Shown here in pieces: positions 47,633 to 60,090 of a stretch of DNA of 64,000 bases. The notes beneath the pieces are model-generated. The model searched no databases, was not told the origin of the DNA, and saw nothing but the letters and a program-made list of their open reading frames with translations. Origin of the DNA: Macrostomum lignano (taxonomy: Eukaryota); contig NIVC01001279.1 of the NCBI GenBank assembly GCA_002269645.1, positions 186,001-250,000 of the forward strand, read 5' to 3'. Made by a program: the position numbers and the translations under genes. Within the stretch, counting starts at the first letter, position 1. Every line of letters begins with the position of its first letter.

Positions 47633-48114
47633 ACTAATCAAAAATACCACCATAGCCTACCCGAAAATTCTACCCATACTTTTTGGAATATTTGGGAGGG
47701 GGGTGCTTGCTATCAGCGAATGGTTGCTATTTGGGGGGATGCTTGCGGTCTGGGGGGATACATTCTATTTAGACAAAAGTGTGTTATCTTTGTAAAGGCT
47801 TTTTTGTTGTATTTTTGTTGCTTTTAAAAAAAGAAAGCTCGTATTCTTAGCAAAAATCTTTGTCCATGACAATTTTACACGAGTAATCACCTTGATTTAT
47901 AAAACTGAAGAGGAATTGGTTCTTAAGAAAATGTGCTTTATAATGGATTTGCATAAATAATTTTTGCTCCTTACATATTGCGCCTTGAAGGGGGGCACTA
48001 GATTGCTAGTACTACCCCAAAATTTCATACCTGGCTACCCAAAATACCGCCCTAAAAACCCATAAACACCAACAAAACTACTCAAAAATTCCGCCCAGAA
48101 CCGCTCCAAAACTT

Positions 48115-50600
48115 CCACCCTAAACTACGTAAAAAAAATCTGACTAAACTATCTAGAACATCATCCTAAACTACCTAAAAATTCAGACTAAACTACCTAG
48201 AACATCGCCCTAAACTATCTAAAACATCACCCTAAACTACCTAGAACATCATCCTAAACTATCTAAAAAATTCAGACTAAACTACCTAGAACATCATCCT
48301 AAACTACCTAAAAAATTCGGACTAAACTACCTAGAACATCATCCTAAACTACCTAAAAAATTCAGACTAAACTACCTAGAACATCACCCTAAACTATCTA
48401 AAAAATTCAGACTAAACTACCTAGAACATCATCCTAAACTACCTAAAAAATTCAGACTAAACTACCTAGAACATCATCCTAAACTACCTAAAAAATTCAG
48501 ACTAAACTACCTAGAACATCATCCTAAACTACCTAAAAAAAATCTGACTAAACTACCTAGAACATCATCCTAAACTACCTAAAAATTCAGACTAAACTAC
48601 CTAAAACATCGCCCTAAACTATCTAAAACATCACCCTAAACTACCTAAAAAATTCAGACTAAACTACCTAAAAAATTCAGACTAAACTACCTAGAACATC
48701 ATCCTAAACTACCTAAAAAATTCAGACTAAACTACCTAGAACATCATCCTAAACTATCTAAAAAATTCAGACTAAGCTACCTAGAACATCATCCTAAACT
48801 ACCTAAAAAATTCAGACTAAACTACCTAGAACATCATCCTAAACTACCTAAAAAATTCAGACTAAACTACCTAGAACATCACCCTAAACTATCTAAAAAA
48901 TTCAGACTAAACTACCTAGAACATCATCCTAAACTACCTAAAAAATTCAGACTAAACTACCTAGAACATCATCCTAAACTATCTAAAAACTTCAGACTAA
49001 ACTACCTGGAACATCATCCTAAACTACCTAAAAAATTCAGACTAAACTACCTAAATCATCACCCTAAACTACCTAAAAAATTCAGACTAAACTACCTAAA
49101 AATCATCCTAAACTACCTAAAAATTCAGACTAAACTACCTAAAACATCGCCCTAAACTATCTAAAACATCACCCTAAACTACCTAAAAAATTCAGACTAA
49201 ACTACCTAAAAAATTCAGACTAAACTACCTAAAAATCATCCTAAACTACCTAAAAATTCAGACTAAACTACCTAAAAATCATCCTAAACTACCTAAAAAT
49301 TCAGACTAAACTACTTAAAACATCGCCCTAAACTATCTAAAACATCACCCTAAACTACCTAAAAAATTCAGACTAAACTACCTAAAACATCACCCTAAAC
49401 TACCTTAAAAATTCAGACTAAACTACCTAAAAAATCACCCTAAACTATCTAAAAAATTCAGACTAAACTACCTAGAACATCATCCTAAACTACCTAAAAA
49501 ATTCAGACTAAACTACCTAGAACATCATCCTAAACTACCTAAAAAATTCAGACTAAACTACCTAAAAAATCACCCTAAACTACCTAAAAAATTCAGACTA
49601 AACTACCTAGAACATCATCCTAAACTACCTAAAAAATTCAGACTAAACTACCTAGAACATCATCCTAAACTATCTAAAAACTTCAGACTAAACTACCTAG
49701 AACATCATCCTAAACTACCTAAAAATTCAGACTAAACTACCTAAATCATCACCCTAAACTACCTAAAAATTCAGACTAAACTACCTAAAAATCATCCTAA
49801 ACTACCTAAAAATTCAGACTAAACTACTTAAAACATCGCCCTAAACTATCTAAAACATCACCCTAAACTACCTAAAAAATTCAGACTAAACTACCTAAAA
49901 CATCACCCTAAACTACCTAAAAATTCAGACTAAACTACCTAAAAAATCACCCTAAACTATCTAAAAAATTCAGACTAAACTACCTAGAACATCATCCTAA
50001 ACTACCTAAAAAATTCAGACTAAACTACCTAGAACATCATCCTAAACTACCTAAAAAATTCAGACTAAACTACCTAGAACATCATCCTAAACTACCTAAA
50101 AAATTCAGACTAAACTACCTAGAACATCATCCTAAACTACCTAAAAAATTCAGACTAAACTACCTAGAACATCATCCTAAACTACCTAAAAAATTCAGAC
50201 TAAACTACCTAAATCATCACCCTAAACTACCTAAAAATTCAGACTAAACTACCTAAAAATCATCCTAAACTACCTAAAAATTCAGACTAAACTACCTAAA
50301 ACATCGCCCTAAACTATCTAAAAAATTCAGACTAAACTACCTAGAACATCATCCTAAACTACCTAAAAAATTCAGACTAAACTACCTAGAACATCATCCT
50401 AAACTACCTAAAAAATTCAGACTAAACTACCTAAATCATCACCCTAAACTACCTAAAAATTCAGACTAAACTACCTAAAAATCATCCTAAACTACCTAAA
50501 AATTCAGACTAAACTACCTAAAACATCGCCCTAAACTATCTAAAAAATTCAGACTAAACTACCTAAAACCACAGAATATACCCTAAAACATCACCCTAAA
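48115..50600. repeat. ~45-bp dimeric minisatellite (CTAAACTACCTAGAACATCATC + CTAAACTACCTAAAAAATTCAGA), intronic
   Basis: Alternating 22- and 23-bp monomers over about 2.5 kb. Confidence 0.95.
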
Positions 50601-50669
50601 TTACGGAAAATGCCACCCGACACTACTCAAAGATATGCCAAGCCAAGCCCATTAGGCAACCAACTGCAC

Positions 50670-51053
50670 CTGAACACTATCCAAGGCGTCAATTACAATC
50701 CGAAATATCGACTGAGAGCACGCTCTGAAGTCGGCCAGAAACGCCAGTCCTCGATGATTCCGCCGATTCGAACCGGTCTCAGTCGACATCGACACTTCGC
50801 TAGGCGCAATGGACACTAGATATTCGACAATGCTGGCCAGTTCGGGGCTCCCAACGCTATTCAAATGCATTCGAATAATTTGTCTCGGGGGGAAGCAGAT
50901 CACCGGACGCAAACCGGTGTCGATTCCGCCAGTGAAGTGAACGAATCCGAGTGATAGGAGCTTTGGCTGCTGTTGCTGCTGCTGTTGTCTTGACTGATTC
51001 GATGTTGACAGAAGAGTGCCCGAACGGCTCTGTCTGGATTTGTCCTCGGTCAT
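50670..51053 (-). CDS. First identified coding exon of a CRAL-TRIO (Sec14-like) + spectrin-repeat protein (SESTD1/PLEKHG4-like), ~1022 aa over 7 exons
   Basis: LGFVHFTGGIDTGLRPVICF...VEYLVSIAP...GLAFLADFR is the Sec14-like N-lobe; CAG|GTGCAG donor; all seven exons join in frame. The ATG at 51053 may instead be preceded by an acceptor at 51069-51070. Confidence 0.85.
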
Positions 51054-51584
51054 TGTGACAGCACCTTCCTATTAGCTCAGCATTGTCGGATTCAATTACT
51101 AGCGCATTTCAACGCCCAGGTTAATTTTAATAGCCTATCAACAGTTGCTTTGCTAGTATTGGTTCATATAGAGTTTGTAGCCATGTGTATTTAAGCAGTG
51201 TGAGACCACTGCTCAGCAGAATGGACGAGAATGAGGAGGTACACAGGGTTAGAGAGAGAATAGAGGTCTGTGAGGGGTTTCCGAGCGAGCACTGATCGAT
51301 TGGGGGTTTAACAGCTCAAATGCACGATATGCTGAGGTGGGTGGGCAAGGTTCACTGCAAGGCCATTACTTTCAACCAATAGAGATCTGCGTCTCTTTGG
51401 CCTAATCCAGCTCAATGCAAATTGAGGAAGCGTCAGCCCTAGCTAGCTATAATGTCCAAGCTCCAGAGACTGCTTATGTACAGCGATATCTGGACTAGAG
51501 GAAAAGAACCAATAATGTCGGAACATGTATTATATAGCTGGTTAGATTGGTAAGTAGGGGTAGGTAGGTAATTAGGTAGGTTGG

Positions 51585-52560
51585 GAATGTGGCTGAGTAG
51601 GTAGGTAGATAATTGGTAGGTAAGTTAGTAGGTAAGGTAGGTTATATTAGTAGGTAGGTAGGTTAGTACGTAGTTAGATTAGTAGGTAGGTTAGTAGGTA
51701 GTTAGATTAGTAGGTAGGTAGGCTAGTAGGTAGCTAGATTAGTAGGTCGGTAGGTTAGTAGGTAGCTAGATTAGTAGGTAGGTAGGTTAGTACGTAGTTA
51801 GATTAGTAGGTAGGATAGTAGGTAGTTAGATTAGTAGGTAGGTAGGCTAGTAGGTAGCTAGATTAGTAGGTCGGTAGGTTAGTAGGTAGCTAGATTAGTA
51901 GGTAGGTAGATTAGTCAGGTAGTTAGATTAGTAGGTTAGGTAGGTTAGTAGGTAGTTGGATTAGTAGGTCGGTAGGTTAGTAGGTAGCTAGATTAGTAGG
52001 TAGGTAGGCTAGTCAGATAGTTAGATTAGTAGGTTAGGTAGGTTAGTAGGTAGTTAGATTAGTAGGTCGGTAGGTTAGTAGGTAGCTAGATTAGTAGGTA
52101 GGTAGGCTAGTCAGATAGTTAGATTAGTAGGTTAGGTAGGTTAGTAGGTAGCTAGATTAGTAGGTAGGTAGGCTAGTCAGATAGTTAGATTAGTAGGTTA
52201 GGTAGGTTAGTAGGTAGCTAGATTAGTAGGTAGGTAGGCTAGTCAGATAGTTAGATTAGTAGGTTAGGTAGGTTAGTAGGTAGTTAGATTAGTAGGTCGG
52301 TAGGTTAGTAGGTAGCTAGATTAGTAGGTAGGTAGGTTAATAGATAAGTAGGTTCGTAGGTAGGTTGATTGCTTTGTAGGTTGGTATGTAGGTAGGGTAG
52401 GTAGGTAGGTAGGTAGGTAGGGTAGGTAGGTAGGTAGGTAGGTAGGTAGGTAGGTAGGTAGGTAGGTAGGTAGGTAGGGTAGCTGGATAGGTAGGTTGTT
52501 ACGTATTCATAGGTGGGAAGGGTAGGGTAGCTGGATAGGTAGGTTTGTAGGTAGGTACAG
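51585..52560. repeat. Compound (TAGG)n / GGTAGGTTAGTAGGTAGCTAGATTAGTA microsatellite-minisatellite
   Basis: Visible directly; near-pure (GGTA)n at about 52390-52480. Confidence 0.93.
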
Positions 52561-53017
52561 TAGATAAGTATGTTTTTTTAATTGACCAGCCTCCATTCGA
52601 AGCTTGGCCTTCAATCCATATCTTAGAAGTCTAATATGCTCAGTAGTCCTTGAACCTAAGCTATTCAAATACAGGTACAGTCACCTTGGCAGTTGGCGAA
52701 TGAACTCAAAGTGGAATTATGCTAGACAGAATTCCAGTACACTACAAACACCAATTCCTCAGTTCTTCGCAATGACTATCATCGATTCCAGTCCCCCCAC
52801 TCTCTCGAAAAAAATTAGCCATTTCAAAGTGTGCTTTGGGTGCTGCAGAAAGTATAAGGGCATTTCCACTCACCGCTACCGAATCCAAGTGCAAAGACAG
52901 AGTTTCAGATAGGTGTAAATTTCTATGCTACCCTGGACTCCAGGAAAAATTTTTGGTATGTACTTGAGACTGTGTGCTTGCAGAACCGCACACATGCTGC
53001 TGCTAATGCTAAAGCAC

Positions 53018-53090
53018 ACAGTGTGATCTCTCAGTGTGATCTCCCAGTGTGATCTCCTAGTGTGATCTCTCAGAGTGATCTCTGTGATCT
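53018..53090. repeat. 13-bp tandem repeat (CAGTGTGATCTCT), about 5 copies
   Basis: Visible directly. Confidence 0.85.
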
Positions 53091-53254
53091 GATAAATGCT
53101 CTGATGAACGTTTGAAGGTCAAATTTAACGTAACTACTCACTAAGTAGTACAAGTATACCGAATATATCAAAATATTTATTTTTATAAAAGAAAGTCTAA
53201 AATAGTTAAATATCCTTTTTCAAATGTGAAAAACGAATTTATTATCCAATACTT

Positions 53255-56200
53255 CTCCTGACTCTTGTCTGACACTTTCTCCTGACTCTTATCTGAAACT
53301 CTCTCTTGACTCTTATCTGAAACTCTCTCTTGACTCTTATCTGACACTCTCTCTTGACTCTTATCTGACACTTTCTCTTGACTCTTATCTGACACTCTCT
53401 CTTGACTCTTATCTGACACTCTCTCTTGACTCTTATCTGAAACTCTCTCTTGACTCTAATCTGAAACTCTCTCTTGACTCTTGTCTGACACTCTCTCTTG
53501 ACTCTTATCTGAAACTCTCTCTTGACTCTTATCTGACACTCTCTCTTGACTCTTATCTGACATTCTCTCTCTTGACTCTTATCTGACACTCTCTCTTGAC
53601 TCTTATCTGACACTCTCTCTTGACTCTTATCTGACACTCTCTCTTGACTCTTATCTGACACTCTCTCTTGACTCTTATCTGACACTCTCTCTTGACTCTT
53701 ATCTGACACTCTCTCTTGACTCTTATCTGACACTCTCTCTTGACTCTTATCTGACACTCTCTCTTGACTCTTATCTGACATTCTCTCTCTTGACTCTTAT
53801 CTGACACTTTCTCTTGACTCTTATCTGACACTTTCTCTTGACTCTTATCTGACACTCTCTCTTGACTCTTATCTGACACTCTCTCTTGACTCTTATCTGA
53901 CACTCTCTCTTGACTCTTATCTGACACTCTCTCTTGACTCTTATCTGACACTCTCTCTTGACTCTTATCTGACACTCTCTCTTGACTCTTATCTGACACT
54001 CTCTCTTGACTCTTATCTGACACTTTCTCTTGACTCTTATCTGACACTCTCTCTTGACTCTTATCTGACACTTTCTCTTGACTCTTATCTGACACTCTCT
54101 CTTGACTCTTATCTGACACTCTCTCTTGACTCTTATCTGACACTCTCTCTTGACTCTTATCTGACACTCTCTCTTGACTCTTATCTGACACTCTCTCTTG
54201 ACTCTTATCTGACACTCTCTCTTGACTCTTATCTGACATTCTCTCTCTTGACTCTTATCTGACACTCTCTCTTGACTCTTATCTGACACTCTCTCTTGAC
54301 TCTTATCTGACACTCTCTCTTGACTCTAATCTGAAACTCTCTCTTGACTCTTATCTGACACTCTCTCTTGACTCTTATCTGACACTTTCTCTTGACTCTT
54401 ATCTGACACTCTCTCTTGACTCTTATCTGACACTCTCTCTTGACTCTTATCTGACACTCTCTCTTGACTCTTATCTGACACTCTCTCTTGACTCTTATCT
54501 GACATTCTCTCTCTTGACTCTTATCTGACACTTTCTCTTGACTCTTATCTGACACTTTCTCTTGACTCTTATCTGACACTCTCTCTTGACTCTTATCTGA
54601 CACTCTCTCTTGACTCTTATCTGACACTCTCTCTTGACTCTTATCTGACACTCTCTCTTGACTCTTATCTGACACTCTCTCTTGACTCTTATCTGACACT
54701 TTCTCTTGACTCTTATCTGACACTTTCTCTTGACTCTTATCTGACACTCTCTCTTGACTCTTATCTGACACTCTCTCTTGACTCTTATCTGACACTCTCT
54801 CTTGACTCTTATCTGACACTCTCTCTTGACTCTTATCTGACACTTTCTCTTGACTCTTATCTGACACTCTCTCTTGACTCTTGCCTGACACTCTCTCCTG
54901 ACTCTCTTCTCTGACACTCTCTCCTGACTCTCTTCTCTGACACTCTCTCCTGACTCTCTTCTCTGACACTCTCTCCTGACTCTCTTCTCTGACACTCTCT
55001 CCTGACTCTCTTCTCTGACACTCTCTCCTGACTCTTATCTGACACTCTCTCTTGACTCTTATCTGACACTTTCTCTTGACTCTTATCTGACACTCTCTCT
55101 TGACTCTTATCTGACACTCTCTCTTGACTCTTATCTGACACTCTCTCTTGACTCTTATCTGACACTCTCTCTTGACTCTTATCTGACACTTTCTCTTGAC
55201 TCTTATCTGAAACTCTCTCTTGACTCTAATCTGAAACTCTCTCTTGACTCTTATCTGACACTTTCTCTTGACTCTAATCTGAAACTCTCTCTTGACTCTT
55301 ATCTGACATTCTCTCTTGACTCTTATCTGACACTCTCTCTTGACTCTTATCTGACACTCTCTCTTGACTCTTATCTGACACTCTCTCTTGACTCTTATCT
55401 GACACTCTCTCTTGACTCTTATCTGACACTCTCTCTTGACTCTTATCTGACATTCTCTCTCTTGACTCTTATCTGACACTCTCTCTTGACTCTTATCTGA
55501 CACTCTCTCTTGACTCTTATCTGACACTCTCTCTTGACTCTTATCTGACATTCTCTCTCTTGACTCTTATCTGACACTCTCTCTTGACTCTTATCTGACA
55601 CTCTCTCTTGACTCTTATCTGACACTCTCTCTTGACTCTTATCTGACACTCTCTCTTGACTCTTATCTGACATTCTCTCTCTTGACTCTTATCTGACACT
55701 CTCTCTTGACTCTTATCTGACACTCTCTCTTGACTCTTATCTGACACTCTCTCTTGACTCTTATCTGACACTCTCTCTTGACTCTTATCTGACACTCTCT
55801 CTTGACTCTTATCTGACACTCTCTCTTGACTCTTATCTGACACTCTCTCTTGACTCTTATCTGACATTCTCTCTCTTGACTCTTATCTGACATTCTCTCT
55901 CTTGACTCTTATCTGACACTCTCTCTTAACTCTTATCTGACACTCTCTCTTGATTCTTATCTGACACTCTCTCTTGACTCTTATCTGACACTCTCTCTTG
56001 ACTCTTATCTGACACTCTCTCTTGACTCTTATCTGACACTTTCTCTTGACTCTTATCTGACACTCTCTCTTGACTCTTATCTGACACTCTCTCTTGACTC
56101 TTATCTGACACTTTCTCTTGACTCTTATCTGACACTCTCTCTTGACTCTTATCTGACACTCTCTCTTGACTCTTATCTGACACTTTCTCTTGACTCTTAT

Positions 56201-56257
56201 CTGACACTCTCTCTTGACTCTTATCTGACACTCTCTCTTGACTCTTATCTGACACTC
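53255..56257. repeat. 24-bp minisatellite (CTCTCTCTTGACTCTTATCTGACA), about 120 copies, with a 26-bp variant block at about 54885-55030
   Basis: Tandem units visible; all SDKSQERV/RECQIRVK ORFs are its translations. Confidence 0.97.
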
Positions 56258-56262
56258 TAACA

Positions 56263-56458
56263 CGCAAGAGACGCCAGGCCTCAGATTAATGCTAGCAAGT
56301 AAGATATGGTCACCAAGGCGCTGCTGCAGAGATTCGACCAAAGGTAGCTCCTGTCTGTCTACCTTGCGAAGACGAGAAAGGTCTGTCGGGCAAGTGCAGT
56401 GTAGACGAACAAGAAACTGACGGCTTATAAAAGTGCAGTCGGCGCTGCACTGATGCGG
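56263..56458 (-). CDS. Possible upstream exon of the CRAL-TRIO/spectrin gene
   Basis: CACAG acceptor and an open, protein-like frame (PHQCSADCTFISRQFLVRLHC...QELPLVESL...LLASINLRPG); donor weak and no in-frame link to 51053 was established. Confidence 0.25.
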
Positions 56459-56689
56459 CTGTGCGTTCATTTTACTTTATTTTAAAATTCACACTATACT
56501 GAATAGTGTGAATTGTGTGGTTTTTTGTAGTAGACTTTACTCGTTTAATCAGCCGACTGAATACAGCAAATTATGAGCGTAAAAGTTAAAATTTAAAAAG
56601 TTAAAACTCGCCTGAGGCATTCAGACAAAATCTCAGTGCCTGGCCTCACTATGCACTCTCTATCATTTTCCTTCTCTCGATCTTTTCTA

Positions 56690-57300
56690 TCTCTCTATTT
56701 CTTTCCCCTCCCGCTCTCCCTCTCCTCACTCCCTCTCACCCCTCCTCCATCTCTCCCTCTCTCCCTCTCTCCCCCTCTCTCTCTGTCCCCCACTCTCTCT
56801 CCCTATTTTCCTCTCCCCCTCTCGCTTCCAGCCCAGAAGAAGAATTTACCTAATTCGAAATATCGGCAATCCAACTAAATTGACTTTTGTCAGTCTTTTC
56901 TACCGTGTCAGGGCCTGAGATTGGAGGTGCCCTCTCTCTCTCTCTCTCTCCCTCTCTCACCCCCTCACCCCTTTCCCTCTCTCCCTCACTCCCTCTCTCC
57001 CTCTCTCTCTTTCTCTGTCTCCCTCTCTCACCCCCTCACCCCTTTCCCTCTCTCCCTCACTCCCTCTCTCCCTCTCTCTCTCTCTGTCTCCCTCTCTCAC
57101 CCCTCACCCCCTTTCCCTCTATCCCTCACTCCCTCTCTCCCTCTCTCTCTCTCTGTCTCCCTCTCCCTCTCCCCTTCTCCCTCTCCCCCTCACCCTATCC
57201 CTCTCTTCCCCTCACCCTATCCCCCTCTCCCTCTCCCCTCTCCCTCTCTCTCTCTCTCTCTCTTCTCTTCCTCCCTCCCTCTCACCTTCTTTTCCCTCTC
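56690..57300. repeat. Polypyrimidine (CT-rich) low-complexity tract with ~60-bp imperfect repeats
   Basis: Almost purine-free + strand. Confidence 0.9.
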
Positions 57301-57719
57301 ACTGTCCCAAATACATTCCCCCATTAACCATCCCATTCCCATATTTCTTGTTTTCACAACTCGACTGATAGCAAAAAAATAAACAAAAGGCAAAGCAAGC
57401 CAAAGGTTGAGCCAGAACAACTTGTCAATCAAATTAGCACAGCAGCACCTGATCTATGCGATGTATCTATCCATCTACCTGCCATCTACTACAAATCGAG
57501 GTGCAGAAGCCCGGACAGCTCCAGATCGAAGCCCCTAGCTAACAGATATTGCGGCTGTAGCAGCAGGGGCATCTAGTTTAAAATAACAATATATGCATAG
57601 ATTTTGCTTTTCCGTGTACGCTCGAATTTGCCTGTGTATTTTCAACTAACTGCCCAGTAGCTGCAATGATTGTGTCAGAGAAAATAACAGGGCGGGCAAG
57701 ATAAAACAAGGGAGAAAGC

Positions 57720-58805
57720 ACAGGACAGGACACAAGACAGGACAGGAGAAGGCAGGACAGGACGAATAGGACAGAATAGGATAGGAGGGACACACAGGAC
57801 AGGACAGGACAGGGAAGGACGGGACAGAACAGCACAAGACAGGACGGGATAGGACAGGACAGGACAGGACAGGACAGGACAGGACAGGACAGGACAGGAC
57901 AGGACAGGACAGGACAGGACAGAACAGCACAAGACAGGACAGGACAGGACAGGACAGAACAGCACAAGACAGGACAGAATAGGACAAGACAGGACAGAAC
58001 AGCACAAGACAGGACAGGACAGGACAGGACGGGACAGGACAGGACAGGACAGGACAGGACAGGACAGGACAGGACAGGACAGGACAGGACAGGACAGGAC
58101 AGAACAGGACAAGACAGGACAGGACAGAACAGCACAAGACAGGACAGGACAAGACAGGACAGGACAAGACAGGACAGGACAGAACAGCACAAGACAGAAC
58201 AGGACAAGACAGGACAGAATAGGACAAGACAGGACAGGACAGCACAAGACAGGACAGGACAAGACAGGACAGAATAGGACAAGACAGGACAGAACAGCAC
58301 AAGACAGGACAGGACAAGACAGGACAGAATAGGACAAGACAGGACAGAACAGCACAAGACAGGACAGAATAGGACAAGACAGGACAGAACAGCACAAGAC
58401 AGGACAGGACAGGACAGGACGGGACAGGACAGGATAGGACAGGACAGGACAGGACAGGACAGAACAGGACAGGACAGGACAGGACAGGACAGGACAGGAC
58501 AGGACAGGACAGGACAGGACAAAACAGGACAGGACAGGACAGGACAGGACAGGACAGGACAGGACAGGACAGGACAGGACAGGACAGGACAGGACAGGAC
58601 AGGACAGGACAGGACAGGACAGGACAGGACAGGACAGGACAGGACAGGACAGGACAGGACAGGACAGGACAGGACAGGACAGGACAGGACAGGACAGGAC
58701 AGGACAGGACAGGACAGGACAGGACAGGACAGGACAGGACATGACAGGACAGGACAGGACAGGACAGGACAGGACAGGACAGGACAGGACACACAGGACA
58801 GGACA
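57720..58805. repeat. (GGACA)n pentanucleotide microsatellite with interspersed variant blocks
   Basis: Visible directly; the VLSCP ORFs are its translations. Confidence 0.96.
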
Positions 58806-59584
58806 GGGAGCAGAGGCGTGAGTGAAAGAGGAGCAGGAAAGACGGCAGCTGACAACTAAGGATTCACCGCAACTGCGGCTGACTCGCCTGAGCCAACAAG
58901 AGATTCAGTTTATGCTGTCCTATGTGTATTCGAAAAGTTCTTTGTTGCTACAAGTCTCCTTAAAAACTTGAAATTGGGATTGGATTCCCCCGAAGCCCCA
59001 CAGGAGGGGCCATTTGCTAGAAAGTCCCTCAAGGTGTTCTTGTGACAAAATCTGCTTCTAGGGGAGCCAGGAAATTTAAAGGAGAGAGAAGTGGAGAGAG
59101 GAGAGAGGAGAGAAGAGAGAGAGGAGGTATTAAAGAGGTGGAACAGCCAACCACAGGGCTTGAATAGTATCGAACATGGCGGCACTCCGAGCCCGTGGCA
59201 TCTCCATCATTCGCTCCCAGCCTATCTTCTTGGTTCCTTTCTGCCCACCAGTTCTGTCTGTCTGTACAGTCTGGGGGTTGAACCATTCGGCATCTGGGTT
59301 GGATCTGCATGCGAACGATTTAACCAAAGGATTGGTGGTGGAATGCTGACCAGTTTCCCTTGGTTAGCAACTGTATATCATGGTATATAGTGTATAGCTT
59401 GGAATACTGATCTGGATCAGCTACTTGTAGTTATTCGATATTGAAGTTATTCCAGGTACGATTTTTATTGCTAAATTTCTTGTAACGTTGTTCAAAAGTA
59501 AGAAATAATTCCTAAAAACCTACTTCTCCTTTCTCAAACTCATTTTCTCCTTTGATCAACTTCCGAATCTGCCTTTCCTTCTGT

Positions 59585-60090
59585 ACCCTCTCCCTCACCT
59601 ACTCTACTCTCTCCCTCACCTACTCTACTCTCTCCCTCACCTACTCTACTCTCTCCCTCACCTACTCTACTCTATCCCTCACCTACTCTACTCTCTTCCT
59701 CACCTACTCTACTCCCTCCCTCACCTACTCTACTCTCTCCCTCACCTACTCTACTCTCTCCCTCACCTACTCTACTCTCTCCCTCACCTACTCTACTCTA
59801 TCCCTCACCTACTCTACTCTCTCCCTCACCTACCCTACTCTATCCCTCACCTCTCTACTCCCTCCCTCACCTACTCTACTCTCTCCCTCACCTACCCTAC
59901 TCTATCCCTCACCTCTCTACTCTCTCCCTCACCTACTCTACTCTATCCCTCATCTACTCTACTCTATCCCTCATCTACTCTACTCTCTCCCTCACCTACT
60001 CTACTCTATCCCTCATCTACTCTACTCTATCCCTCATCTACTCTACTCTCTCCCTCACCTACTCTACTCTATCCCTCATCTACTCTATTC
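59585..60090. repeat. 21-bp pyrimidine-rich minisatellite (CTCTCCCTCACCTACTCTACT)
   Basis: Visible directly; 7-aa-period ORF 59552-60205. Confidence 0.93.

Noticed and set aside
47312-52560. Interstitial telomere (CCCTAAA and TTAGG-like motifs)
   Set aside because: The motifs are embedded in longer units and never occur as tandem telomeric runs
52650-52930. Two minus-strand mini-exons separated by a neat 31-nt GTGAGT...CTGCAG intron (52843-52873)
   Set aside because: All three frames hit stops before the next plausible donor; could be UTR but cannot be supported as coding
53100-53140. CTGATGA followed by an ACGTT/AACGT stem
   Set aside because: Lacks the GAAA core after the stem
2781-56257. 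Regular 24-49-bp repeats as CRISPR arrays
   Set aside because: Units are directly tandem with no unique spacers, there are no cas genes, and the context is eukaryotic
58910-59327. Possible N-terminal exons of the Sec14-spectrin gene (faint resemblance to ARHGEF40/PLEKHG4B N-termini)
   Set aside because: Needs a frameshift, has no convincing donor, and the similarity is only from memory; needs tblastn or RNA-seq
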